Positions 10,681 to 18,977 are shown, counted from the stretch's first letter. The stretch is DNA of 64,000 nt from Candidatus Omnitrophota bacterium (GCA_016782485.1 JADHYK010000001.1:30081-94080); one strand, 5' to 3'. Translations and numbers: made by a program. The notes: generated by a model from the letters alone, not told the origin.

Positions 10681-10783
10681 GAGATCCTTCGTCCTTCGTT
10701 TCGCTCAGGACTCAGGATTATTTCGCACATTGACTTACGTCGTCCGCCAAAGTTCTGTGGCGGACTCCATAAGTCAAGTGCTC
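10681..10783. repeat. Degenerate, inverted and rearranged copy of the dual-hairpin intergenic repeat (see 16237..16318)
   Basis: Contains GATCCTTCGTCC, CTCAGGAT, TTCGCACATTGACTTAC and the hairpin GTCCGCCAAAGTTCTGTGGCGGAC, matching segments of the other copies. Confidence 0.5.
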
Positions 10784-11047
10784 AATAAAAAATCCCCGCA
10801 GAGTGCCGTCAGAGCGAAAATCTGAACCGATTTGGCTTCAAGTGGGGCCCTCTCCCGGACGCCGAAACGCCAGGGAATTGTGGGCTCCCTTATTATTGGT
10901 GTTGGTTCAATAATTATCGGGCTTCCAACGCGCACCGCAGGGATATCTAAAAGAACCGTAATTTTTGCTACATAAAAAGTATAGCACAGATTATCATTAA
11001 ATTCAATAGCTGCTAAAAACCTGCCTGTACGCGTATGCCCCTGCCCC

Positions 11048-13117
11048 TTAGCGCAACTTGGCGCTAAAAACTTCTTCCAGCAGCCTGCAGATCAGGCTAT
11101 GGACGGGGTTAACCTCTGCGTCGCTGAGTGTGCGTTCGCCGGAACGATAAAAACAGGAGATGGTCAGGCCGATATTGCCGGGAGGGATCTGGCTGCCCCG
11201 GTAATAATCCGCGACCTTCATACTGCAGAGAAGCGGCCGGCCTCTCTCCAGCGCCGCCTCCAACACCTTCTTTATCGGAACCTCCCTGCTCAATACCACG
11301 CTTATATCCCTGGTGATTCCCGGATATTTGGGGGGCGCGACAAAGGTCTTTGCCGGCCTGGCGTGGGCAAGGAGCCTGTCTAAATAAAGTTCGGCGGCAA
11401 CCACTTCTTTATTCTTGATATCCAACCTCTCTAAAAGCTCCTTGCGTAAAATAAAAATTTCGCCTGTTCTCTCCGTGCCGGCATAGATGCCGATCGAAGC
11501 AGCATTTTCTTTGGCATGAAAAGCGCAGCTACCCACTCCCAGCCTCTCGAATAATACCTCAACTATCCCTTTTAAATGCAGAAGCCCGAATCTTTCCTTA
11601 ACCAGGCCCTGGCCCAAAAGATGCGCCTTTGTCCCGCAGAGGGCTATGCCCAACATTAACTCTTCTTTTGGCCCGGAGGCGGAAGAAGAAAATACCTTTG
11701 CCAGCTCAAAAATATTCACGTACTCCTGCTGGTGATTAAGGTTATAGCCAATGCGCGCGGCAATACTCGGTACAAGATGCGGCCTCAAAACCTCCTGTTC
11801 CCTGCTAAGCGGATTCAAGATTCCGATCGGCTCAGGCTCATCCGGCAGCATAAAACCATTCAATAATTCCTTATCAACTAGTCCGTAGGTAATTGCCTCG
11901 CTCAATCCCAGTCCGGCAAGCATGTTCTTTAGCGCAGAGACCAGCTCCCTTTTTCCCGGGCGGAGTGAATGCGGCACTAAAAGCGGCAGGGTGGTAGGGA
12001 TTTTATCAAAGCCGTGTATCCGGGCTGTCTCCTCAACCAGATCTATCTGTGCCTTGATATCCTGCCTGTGCGAAGGAACTCCGGCTATAAAGCTATCCCT
12101 GCCAGTGGCTGCTACTTTAAACCCCAGGCCGATTAAAATCTTCTTTATCCTGGCGGGGGAGATCTTGGTTCCCAAAATCTTATTCGTATCCGCTACGCTC
12201 AGGCGGATGCTCTTTTGCTTCGCCCTGGCCTGGCCCGAACTCTTTGCCAAAATACATTCTCCCTGCGCCAAGGTGCGGATTAATTCTGCCGCGCAAGCGG
12301 AGGCAGGCCCAACCGCCCCCCAATCAATGCCTCGTTCAAACCTGTACGCCGAATCACTCTCTAGCTTTAGCTTTTGCCTTGCCTGACGCACGGTTATGGG
12401 ATTAAATACCGCTGCCTCTAAAAGGATGTTCCTTGTGCCGTCGGATACTTGCGTGTCGTTACCGCCCATGATGCCTGCGATTGCTACCGGCCCTCCTTTA
12501 TCTGCAATAACCAGGATGCCCTTATCCAGCAGCCGCTCCTCTCCGTCGATGGTAACGATCTTTTCCTGCTCTTTTGCCCGGCGTACATATATCTCTGCCG
12601 CCGCGTTTTGAGCTAATCTGTCTAAATCAAAGGCATGTAAAGGCTGGCCCCTCTCAAACAAAAGGTAATTAGTGATATCCACAACGTTGTTTATGCTGCG
12701 GCAACCGACGAGCTCCAGCCTTTCTTTAAGCCAGGCAGGCGAAGGCCCCACTTTTACATCTTTGATTATCTTTGCGGTGTATAAAGGACAGCCTTTTTTG
12801 TCCTCAATATTTATTTTTAATATGTTAGCGTTTAGCGGATAGCGTTTAGCGTATAGGCGACCTTTACTATGCGCTCTACGCTCTACGCTATACGCTCGAA
12901 TTTTCTTATTAGTAATTGCCGCCACTTCTCTTGCGATGCCGATAATGCTTAAACAATCCGGGCGGTTAGAGGTCACCTCTATCTCAAAGACAAAATCTCC
13001 TGCCTGCTTTTGGAGCGCAACCACCTCCAGCCCTGCCATGGTCAGCCTCTCAGCAAGCGCCTCTGCCGCCAGATCGATCCTTACAAACTCCTTCAACCAA
13101 TTATAGGTTACTTTCAT
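11048..13117 (-). CDS. pheT: Phenylalanine--tRNA ligase beta subunit (short form, 689 aa) carrying an in-frame repeat insertion
   Basis: tRNA-binding, B3/4, B5 and FDX-ACB domain patterns. Residues AYSVERRAHSKGRLYAKRYPLNA are encoded by the 70-bp repeat. Confidence 0.9.
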   Translation of the reverse strand: MKVTYNWLKEFVRIDLAAEALAERLTMAGLEVVALQKQAGDFVFEIEVTSNRPDCLSIIGIAREVAAITNKKIRAYSVERRAHSKGRLYAKRYPLNANILKINIEDKKGCPLYTAKIIKDVKVGPSPAWLKERLELVGCRSINNVVDITNYLLFERGQPLHAFDLDRLAQNAAAEIYVRRAKEQEKIVTIDGEERLLDKGILVIADKGGPVAIAGIMGGNDTQVSDGTRNILLEAAVFNPITVRQARQKLKLESDSAYRFERGIDWGAVGPASACAAELIRTLAQGECILAKSSGQARAKQKSIRLSVADTNKILGTKISPARIKKILIGLGFKVAATGRDSFIAGVPSHRQDIKAQIDLVEETARIHGFDKIPTTLPLLVPHSLRPGKRELVSALKNMLAGLGLSEAITYGLVDKELLNGFMLPDEPEPIGILNPLSREQEVLRPHLVPSIAARIGYNLNHQQEYVNIFELAKVFSSSASGPKEELMLGIALCGTKAHLLGQGLVKERFGLLHLKGIVEVLFERLGVGSCAFHAKENAASIGIYAGTERTGEIFILRKELLERLDIKNKEVVAAELYLDRLLAHARPAKTFVAPPKYPGITRDISVVLSREVPIKKVLEAALERGRPLLCSMKVADYYRGSQIPPGNIGLTISCFYRSGERTLSDAEVNPVHSLICRLLEEVFSAKLR
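12827..12896 (-). mobile_element. 70-bp imperfect-palindromic element inserted in frame in pheT. Identical (70/70) to the copy in pyrK
   Basis: On the coding strand AGCGTATAGCGTAGAGCGTAGAGCGCATAGTAAAGGTCGCCTATACGCTAAACGCTATCCGCTAAACGCT. The 5' 30 nt and 3' 30 nt are about 80% reverse-complementary around a TAAAGGTCGCC core. Confidence 0.8.
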
Positions 13118-13119
13118 GC

Positions 13120-14133
13120 TTAGAACTGCCTCAAAAATCTTAAATCATTCTCAAAAAATAATCTAATATCGTTAATGCCGTATTTGAGCATGGCGATTCT
13201 TTCAATCCCTAAGCCAAAGGCAAAACCCGTATATTTCTTGGGGTCGTAACCGACGTGCTTAAAGACGGCCGGATGTATCATGCCCGCGCCCAATATCTCC
13301 AGCCACCCCTTCCTGCCGCAGACAGAACAGCCTTTGCCGTTGCAGATAATGCAACGGATATCTACTTCTGCCGAGGGCTCGGTAAAAGGAAAGAAATGCG
13401 GCCGGAAACGCATTTTAATCTCCTGCCCAAAAACCGCTTTGGCAAGAATCTCTAAGGCCCCCTTCAAATCGGAAAATTTTATGCTCTTATCCACCATAAA
13501 ACCTTCAATCTGATGGAACATAAAGGAATGACTGGCATCCACGGCATCCGGACGGTATACGCGGCCGGGGACTACTATCGCCAGCGGAGGTTTATGCGCC
13601 TTCATCGCCCTTATCTGCACAGGCGAAGTATGGCTGCGTAGCAATAGCCGATTATTTAAATAAAAGGTATCAAAGGCGTCCCGCGAAGGATGCTCCAGGG
13701 GGATATTTAAAGCGGTAAAGTTGTTATATTCGCTTTCAATCTCCGGCCCTTCCACGACGGAAAAGCCGATCCTCATAAATATGGCGCAAATCTCATCGAT
13801 GACCCTGGTCAAAGGATGCAGATGGCCCAGCTCCTGCGTAATCCCCGGCAGGCCGATATCCGCTGGCCTTGAAACAGCGCCCTCGCCGTTCAAGGAATCG
13901 GCGAACGATTTCTCTTTTTCCTCGATCAGGGAAACTGCCCGCTTCTTTAAGGCGTTGACCGCCTGGCCGAAGGCAGCCCTTTCTTCTTTCTTTAGCCCGG
14001 GGATGGAACCGGTTAATTGCGCAATGATCCCTTTTCTCCCCAGGTATTTCAGCCTGAGCTCCTCCAGGGAAACGGCAGAACCGATATTCTGGAAATCGGA
14101 TTCTATTTGAATTTTAACTGCGCCAATATCCAT
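13120..14133 (-). CDS. pheS: Phenylalanine--tRNA ligase alpha subunit
   Basis: Class II aaRS motifs: FRPHFFPFTEPSAEVD, GAGMIHP, GFAFGLGIERIAM. Confidence 0.9.
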   Translation of the reverse strand: MDIGAVKIQIESDFQNIGSAVSLEELRLKYLGRKGIIAQLTGSIPGLKKEERAAFGQAVNALKKRAVSLIEEKEKSFADSLNGEGAVSRPADIGLPGITQELGHLHPLTRVIDEICAIFMRIGFSVVEGPEIESEYNNFTALNIPLEHPSRDAFDTFYLNNRLLLRSHTSPVQIRAMKAHKPPLAIVVPGRVYRPDAVDASHSFMFHQIEGFMVDKSIKFSDLKGALEILAKAVFGQEIKMRFRPHFFPFTEPSAEVDIRCIICNGKGCSVCGRKGWLEILGAGMIHPAVFKHVGYDPKKYTGFAFGLGIERIAMLKYGINDIRLFFENDLRFLRQF

Positions 14134-14612
14134 ATCAAACCTAGTGCCCCCAATAAAACAACTGCGGCGTTTCTCTTGCCTGTATTAAAACTGGATGCCT
14201 CGGGATTATGCCTGCCCGGGGCTATCTTCTCTATCTCGAAGGCATGTATATCAAGGTCACCGCCGTGTTCGGGGCAGGCACGGTGAAAAACTCCGATAAC
14301 CTCAATCAGATCGCCCGTTGAGCGATAACTGCCCGCCAGCAAATCTGCCTGTTTCAATAAATGCCCCTCCAGCCATACGCCGATTGCCTTTTCGCCGTCG
14401 GTTACATTTATCCAGGCAAAATTGCCGCGCCGCATTATATCACCGATAACTTCGCCGGCATAGGCGATTGTTTTACCGTCGTACGCCTGGGCATTCTCTA
14501 TTAATTCTCGGGCGCTGACCGGCTGGGCAAACGCTGTGTAATGTGTAAAGTGTAATGTGTAAAGCAAAATTACATTAAACATTACACATTTAACATTAAA
14601 CAGGTTTCTCAT
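14103..14612 (-). CDS. Hypothetical exported/membrane-anchored protein. Its signal-peptide-like N-terminus is encoded by a palindromic repeat
   Basis: Start taken as ATG 14612..14610, 1 nt after the trkH stop. The track ORF's extra 9 codons overlap trkH. N-terminus MRNLFNVKCVMFNVILLYTLHFTHYTAFA|QP has an AxA-like cleavage site. C-terminal hydrophobic helix. No recognisable family. Confidence 0.4.
   Translation of the reverse strand: MRNLFNVKCVMFNVILLYTLHFTHYTAFAQPVSARELIENAQAYDGKTIAYAGEVIGDIMRRGNFAWINVTDGEKAIGVWLEGHLLKQADLLAGSYRSTGDLIEVIGVFHRACPEHGGDLDIHAFEIEKIAPGRHNPEASSFNTGKRNAAVVLLGALGLIWILAQLKFK
14536..14601. repeat. Second heptamer-based palindromic element (GTGTAAT/GTGTAAA repeats opposing CATTACAC/CATTAAAC) lying inside a CDS
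   Basis: GTGTAATGTGTAAAGTGTAATGTGTAAAGCAAAATTACATTAAACATTACACATTTAACATTAAAC. Same architecture as the pheT/pyrK element with different sequence. Encodes residues 4-25 of the 14103..14612 product. Confidence 0.6.
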
Positions 14613-14613
14613 C

Positions 14614-16119
14614 TTACTTACCTTTGATGACCGCAACAAAGACCCCGATTAAAGTAAATATAGACATAAACTCAAGACGGCCCGCCCACATCTGAAAGAT
14701 GTAGATGTATTTAAGCGCAGCCGGCATAGCGGCGTTAGTAATCCCGCAGGATAATCCTACGTTGGCTGAGGCAGAGGTAGATTCGAATAAAGAATCTATA
14801 AAAGGATACCCGAAGCAGCTTCCGGCAACCGCGCCAAACCAATAAAGGGCAAAGTATGCCAGGGTGATTAAAAACGCCAGCCGCACCTGTTTATCCTCCA
14901 GAAATATCTCCTTGATATGGTGGTATTTCTGCACCACAATTGCTCTCTCCGGAAGGATAATGCGTTTTATGTCCTCTAACAGCGCCTTAAAAATTATCCC
15001 CAGGCGCAGCATCTTGATTGCGCCGGTGGTGGAACAGGCCGCACCTCCCAGGGACATGGCGCAAATTATGCCCACGCGGGCAAGGTGGTTCCATTCGTTA
15101 ACAAACTGGGCGGCGTAAATAGTCTGGTATCCGGTGCCGGTATGGGCGGAAATCAACTGGTAAAAACCTTTGCGGAATAACACTGCCAGCCCCGGATAGG
15201 TACCCAGCTGGGTTAACCCGAAGCCGGTAATAAAAAAGAGGACCATAATGGAGATAAAAAGCGTAACCATCTCTATATTCCTGACTATCTCTCTGCGGTT
15301 GCCCGTCCAGAGGTGGTAATGCAGTTTGAAGTTAAAGGCCCCCAGAATCATTATAATAATGGTGATTATTTCAAAGGGGAGGCTGTGGTAATAAAGTATA
15401 TTTTGTGACTGCGGGGCAAACCCCCCGGTATCAAAAGCGGCCATGAATATACAGACGCCGTGGAAAAAGGCGCTGGCGGGCCTTATCCCGTTGGCCATCC
15501 CCGCTATCGCCAGGGCAGAGGTCCCCAAAATCAGATAGACGATGCTGACAAACCAGATAAACCTGCTGGTATGTATGATATTAGGCAATATCCTTTCATC
15601 ACGGGCCTCGCCCACATACATTTTAAACGCGCCGGAAAAACCTTTAATAAAAAAGGAAAGCGCGACAATTACTATGCCCTGCCCTCCGATAAAAAGGATC
15701 AGGTGCCTCCAAAGGTTGTGTGTAAAAGAGAGGTGGTCAAGGTCCTGGACTAAAATCAGTCCGGTGGTGGCAAACCCCGACATTGAATCAAAGCAGGCAT
15801 CCAGGAATGACTTCCAGTGCCCGCTTAAATATAACGGGATCGCCCCCAATAACATGGCCACCAGCCATGATAAGGAGACTACCACCATCCCCTGCATCCA
15901 GTTTAATTCTTTTTCGGTAGAGCATGCCCTGGTCAGGAGCAGGCCGGCTATCAGGGCAATCTCTATGGCGATTAAAAAATCCAGGACGGGGCTTGCCTCT
16001 CGGAAGAATACCAGGCCGGCAAAGACGGGGACAAACATCGAAAGGGCAAGGCCGAGGATAATCTTGCCTAAATAATAACCGATCACTACAAAATCCTGCG
16101 GCCGGGGCTTTAATATCAT
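14614..16119 (-). CDS. trkH: Trk/Ktr-type K+ transporter membrane subunit
   Basis: TrkH/KtrB family, 501 aa. Repeated M-P-M segments with selectivity-filter-like GFATTG, GGQG and SANVGLS. Confidence 0.85.
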   Translation of the reverse strand: MILKPRPQDFVVIGYYLGKIILGLALSMFVPVFAGLVFFREASPVLDFLIAIEIALIAGLLLTRACSTEKELNWMQGMVVVSLSWLVAMLLGAIPLYLSGHWKSFLDACFDSMSGFATTGLILVQDLDHLSFTHNLWRHLILFIGGQGIVIVALSFFIKGFSGAFKMYVGEARDERILPNIIHTSRFIWFVSIVYLILGTSALAIAGMANGIRPASAFFHGVCIFMAAFDTGGFAPQSQNILYYHSLPFEIITIIIMILGAFNFKLHYHLWTGNRREIVRNIEMVTLFISIMVLFFITGFGLTQLGTYPGLAVLFRKGFYQLISAHTGTGYQTIYAAQFVNEWNHLARVGIICAMSLGGAACSTTGAIKMLRLGIIFKALLEDIKRIILPERAIVVQKYHHIKEIFLEDKQVRLAFLITLAYFALYWFGAVAGSCFGYPFIDSLFESTSASANVGLSCGITNAAMPAALKYIYIFQMWAGRLEFMSIFTLIGVFVAVIKGK

Positions 16120-16232
16120 ATCTTAAGGGTTAAGAGCAGGCAGATTAATAACGCCGCCAGTATAATACAGAGGCCGTATAATACCTCTGTGCCGATGCCG
16201 AAAACTATATTCAAGGGGATTTTAATTTTCAT
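16116..16232 (-). CDS. Unannotated 38-aa hydrophobic small ORF translationally coupled to trkH (ATGA overlap)
   Basis: MKIKIPLNIVFGIGTEVLYGLCIILAALLICLLLTLKI. Its TGA overlaps the trkH ATG. No strong SD. Below the track's 60-aa cutoff. Confidence 0.3.
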   Translation of the reverse strand: MKIKIPLNIVFGIGTEVLYGLCIILAALLICLLLTLKI

Positions 16233-16236
16233 AAAT

Positions 16237-16318
16237 GAGCGCTTAATTTACGCACACGATAGTGTGAGTAAGTTAATGCGCGAATTTATCCTGAGTCCGC
16301 TACAGGCGGACGAAGGAT
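16237..16318. repeat. Dual-hairpin intergenic repeat, copy 1 (about 85% identical to 18058..18141)
   Basis: GAGCGCTTAATTTACGCACACGATAGTGTGAGTAAGTTAATGCGCGAATTTATCCTGAGTCCGCTACAGGCGGACGAAGGATCT. Hairpin 1 is GCGCTTAATTTAC/GTAAGTTAATGCGC with a nested CACAC/GTGTG. Hairpin 2 is GTCCGC-TACAG-GCGGAC. Confidence 0.75.
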
Positions 16319-16981
16319 CTAGAGTTTTCCCGCCAGTATATTCAATAATTCCGGTTCATTCCCGATGACGGTGAGGGCGATAACATCGTCGCCGGGCCTT
16401 AAGACCGTATCGCCCCTGGGGACGATAACCTCCTCGCCTCTTACGATAGAAACCAGCACCGAGTCCGCAGGCAGGTGTATCTGTTTAATCTCTTTGTTGA
16501 TTACGGGTGAGTCCTCGGGCAGGTCCAGGCGCACAATCGCAAGCTTGCCGCGCTGAAAACTCATCAGGTTGACAAAATCTGCGAATGAAACCTCCCCTTC
16601 CACGATTTTGGCGATAATCGTAGTGGAGTTAATGGGCACATCCACCCCCAGCTCGGAAAATGTGTGCTCGTTATCCGGATTATTCACTCTGCCGACGGTA
16701 CGCTGCAGGTTAAATTTCTCTTTGGCCAGCTGGCAGATAATCAGGTTGTCTTCGTCGTCGCCGGTCACCGCAGCCAGAACGTCGGCGCGTTCGATACCGG
16801 CCTCCTCCAGGATGCGCGGCTCGCAGGCATCTCCGTTAATAACCAGTGCCTCCAGCTCCCTGGCCACCTCTTCACAAAGTGCTTTATCCTTGTCTACGAT
16901 GCAAACGGTATGCCCCACATGAGCAAGCCTTTTTGACAGAAAATAACCCACCTTTCCCGCGCCGATTATTATAATATACAT
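16319..16981 (-). CDS. trkA: K+ uptake regulatory subunit (RCK_N + RCK_C)
   Basis: IIGAGKVGYFLSKRL Rossmann motif. TrkA-N then TrkA-C. 220 aa. Confidence 0.85.
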   Translation of the reverse strand: MYIIIIGAGKVGYFLSKRLAHVGHTVCIVDKDKALCEEVARELEALVINGDACEPRILEEAGIERADVLAAVTGDDEDNLIICQLAKEKFNLQRTVGRVNNPDNEHTFSELGVDVPINSTTIIAKIVEGEVSFADFVNLMSFQRGKLAIVRLDLPEDSPVINKEIKQIHLPADSVLVSIVRGEEVIVPRGDTVLRPGDDVIALTVIGNEPELLNILAGKL

Positions 16982-16999
16982 CGCCCGCCCTCTCTTTTA

Positions 17000-17644
17000 T
17001 TATAAACGCAACTTTTCTTTTACCTTGGCTAAACTGGCCACCTTGAGCACCCCGATTAAAATATCTTTGGGCTTAAGCGTCAGGCCCGCCTCGGGGATTA
17101 TTATTTCGCCGGCCCGCCTTATCGCCACTGCCAGAAATTCCCCGGGAATGTTTATATCATGTACCGGCTTATTGACCATCTGTTCATTGGCGCTGATTTC
17201 GATAACGCTTAAGTCTTTATTTTCGATAAGGACGCTGGAAAAACGGCTTTCCACTATCTTATCCCTGAGCATCGAAGCAAAGAGCACCGTCCCGCTTATA
17301 ATATCCATCCCGAGGCTTGCGTAGATGTGCGCACGCAGCGGGTCATAGACCCGGGCAAGCACCTTGGGGACCTTAAATATCTTCTTAGCCACCTGCGAGG
17401 CGATTAAATTAGTATTGTCGCCGTTAGTGACCGCGCAAAAGGCATCCGCTTTTTCAATCCCGGCCTGTTTTAAAAGCTCCAGGTCAAATCCGTTGCCAAC
17501 CATGGTCAACCCGTTAAAAGTACTGCCCAGCCGTTCGAAAGAGGCGCAGTTCTTATCGATGACAACGACATTATAACCCTCTCCGGAAAGCAATTTGGCT
17601 AATTCAGAACCCACCCTGCCGCAACCTACTATTATGACATACAT
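17000..17644 (-). CDS. trkA: K+ uptake regulatory subunit, second paralog (RCK_N + RCK_C)
   Basis: IVGCGRVGSELAKLL Rossmann motif. 214 aa. Confidence 0.85.
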   Translation of the reverse strand: MYVIIVGCGRVGSELAKLLSGEGYNVVVIDKNCASFERLGSTFNGLTMVGNGFDLELLKQAGIEKADAFCAVTNGDNTNLIASQVAKKIFKVPKVLARVYDPLRAHIYASLGMDIISGTVLFASMLRDKIVESRFSSVLIENKDLSVIEISANEQMVNKPVHDINIPGEFLAVAIRRAGEIIIPEAGLTLKPKDILIGVLKVASLAKVKEKLRL

Positions 17645-17674
17645 ATTCCCTCGCTCCGTTGGGACCTGCTGTAT

Positions 17675-18040
17675 CTACCCCTTATTATTTTTTTGGCCCT
17701 TGCAGATCTCTACTAATTTTTTAAAAGCCTGGGCGTCTTGTGCTGCCAGGTCTGCCAGCATCTTGCGGTCCAAGCCTATTTTGGAATTTTTTAGCCCCTT
17801 AATAAATGCGCTGTAAGTAATGCCGAGGCTTCGACAGGCTGCATTTATGCGCGCAATCCAGAGCCGGCGGAACTCTCTCTTTCTCATCCGCCTGTCGCGG
17901 TAGGCGTAAACAAGTGCATGCATAACTGCACGGCGCGCCTGCCGGTATTGCTTGCTCCTGTCGCCCCAGAAGCCTTTCGCCCTCTTTAGCATCTTCTTTT
18001 TTCTTTTACGGGTAGCAACGCTGTGTTTGATTTTTGCCAT
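17675..18040 (-). CDS. rplT: 50S ribosomal protein L20
   Basis: MAKIKHSVATRKRKKKMLKRAKGFWG...VYAYRDRR. Confidence 0.95.
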   Translation of the reverse strand: MAKIKHSVATRKRKKKMLKRAKGFWGDRSKQYRQARRAVMHALVYAYRDRRMRKREFRRLWIARINAACRSLGITYSAFIKGLKNSKIGLDRKMLADLAAQDAQAFKKLVEICKGQKNNKG

Positions 18041-18057
18041 TTAGTTACTCCTTAAAT

Positions 18058-18141
18058 GAACGCTTGAGTTACGAACACGACAGTGTGAGTAACTCAATGC
18101 GTGAATTTATCCCGAGCCCGCCGCAGGCGGACGAGGGATCT
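18058..18141. repeat. Dual-hairpin intergenic repeat, copy 2 (between rpmI and rplT)
   Basis: GAACGCTTGAGTTACGAACACGACAGTGTGAGTAACTCAATGCGTGAATTTATCCCGAGCCCGCCGCAGGCGGACGAGGGATCT. Same orientation as copy 1. Confidence 0.75.
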
Positions 18142-18153
18142 TATCTTTTTGTC

Positions 18154-18354
18154 CTATCCATATGGTAGTACTCTCTTGATATATTTGACCTGGTTTGCCC
18201 CTGCCAAAAAACCGGGCCTTCTCATCCGGCGCAGCCTGGAGGATTTTTTATTGGACAACAAATGGCCCTTGCCGCAAGTAGGATGTTTTACCTTGCCTGT
18301 CTTGGTCAATTTAAACCTTTTCGCGACCCCCTTCTTTGTTTTTAATTTACCCAT
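18154..18354 (-). CDS. rpmI: 50S ribosomal protein L35
   Basis: MGKLKTKKGVAKRFKLTKTGKVK. Confidence 0.95.
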   Translation of the reverse strand: MGKLKTKKGVAKRFKLTKTGKVKHPTCGKGHLLSNKKSSRLRRMRRPGFLAGANQVKYIKRVLPYG

Positions 18355-18368
18355 CTTGCCCTCGCTGT

Positions 18369-18435
18369 AGATCCTTCGCCTGCCTTCGGCGAGCTCAGGA
18401 TAAGTTCGGTCATAAGTTTATGTTCGCTTCGCTCC
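18369..18435. repeat. Dual-hairpin intergenic repeat, copy 3 (inverted orientation, partly degenerate; between infC and rpmI)
   Basis: AGATCCTTCGCCTGCCTTCGGCGAGCTCAGGATAAGTTCGGTCATAAGTTTATGTTCGC aligns to the reverse complement of copy 1. Confidence 0.6.
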
Positions 18436-18452
18436 ATAAATTTAGACCCCAC

Positions 18453-18968
18453 TTATTTAGGCGCAACCACAAAGGACATAACCCTGCCCTCTAAACGGGG
18501 CTCCTTTTCTATCTGTCCGTCGTTTTGCGTATCGATAATGAATTTATCTAGAATCCTTTTCCCCAGGTCCAAATGCTCCATCTGCCTGCCGCGGAAAAAC
18601 AGGTTGACCTTGACCTTGTCTTTCTTTTTTAAGAAAGTAACCGCCTGCTTTACCTTGGTCTGGAAATCATGTTCGTCAATATTGGGCTTCAGGCGGATCT
18701 CTTTTAACTTGCCCTGCTTCTGGTGTTTCTTGGCTTCGCGCTCCTTTTTTTCCTGGTCATATTTAAATTTGCTGAAATCAATTATCCGGCAGACGGGCGG
18801 GCTGGCAGCGGAAGCCACCTCCACCAGGTCTAAATCATGCTGGCCTGCTAAACGCAGCGCCTCCGGCGTGGGCACAACCCCTAACTGGCCGCCATCCGGG
18901 CCGATCAGCCTTACCTGCGGGACGCGAATCCTTTCGTTAGTGCGGAATAACTTTTTTATAGCAACCAC
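18453..18968 (-). CDS. infC: Translation initiation factor IF-3 (non-ATG start)
   Basis: INERIRVPQVRLIGPDGGQLGV...DLVEV...PPVCRIIDF...LKEIRLKPNIDEHDF. The start codon at 18968..18966 is GTG. Confidence 0.9.
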   Translation of the reverse strand: MVAIKKLFRTNERIRVPQVRLIGPDGGQLGVVPTPEALRLAGQHDLDLVEVASAASPPVCRIIDFSKFKYDQEKKEREAKKHQKQGKLKEIRLKPNIDEHDFQTKVKQAVTFLKKKDKVKVNLFFRGRQMEHLDLGKRILDKFIIDTQNDGQIEKEPRLEGRVMSFVVAPK

Positions 18969-18977
18969 CTCCTTTTT

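Noticed and set aside
14613-14639. 9-codon N-terminal extension of the 14103.. ORF
   Set aside because: It overlaps the trkH 3' end. The ATG at 14612, 1 nt after the trkH stop, is the more plausible start.
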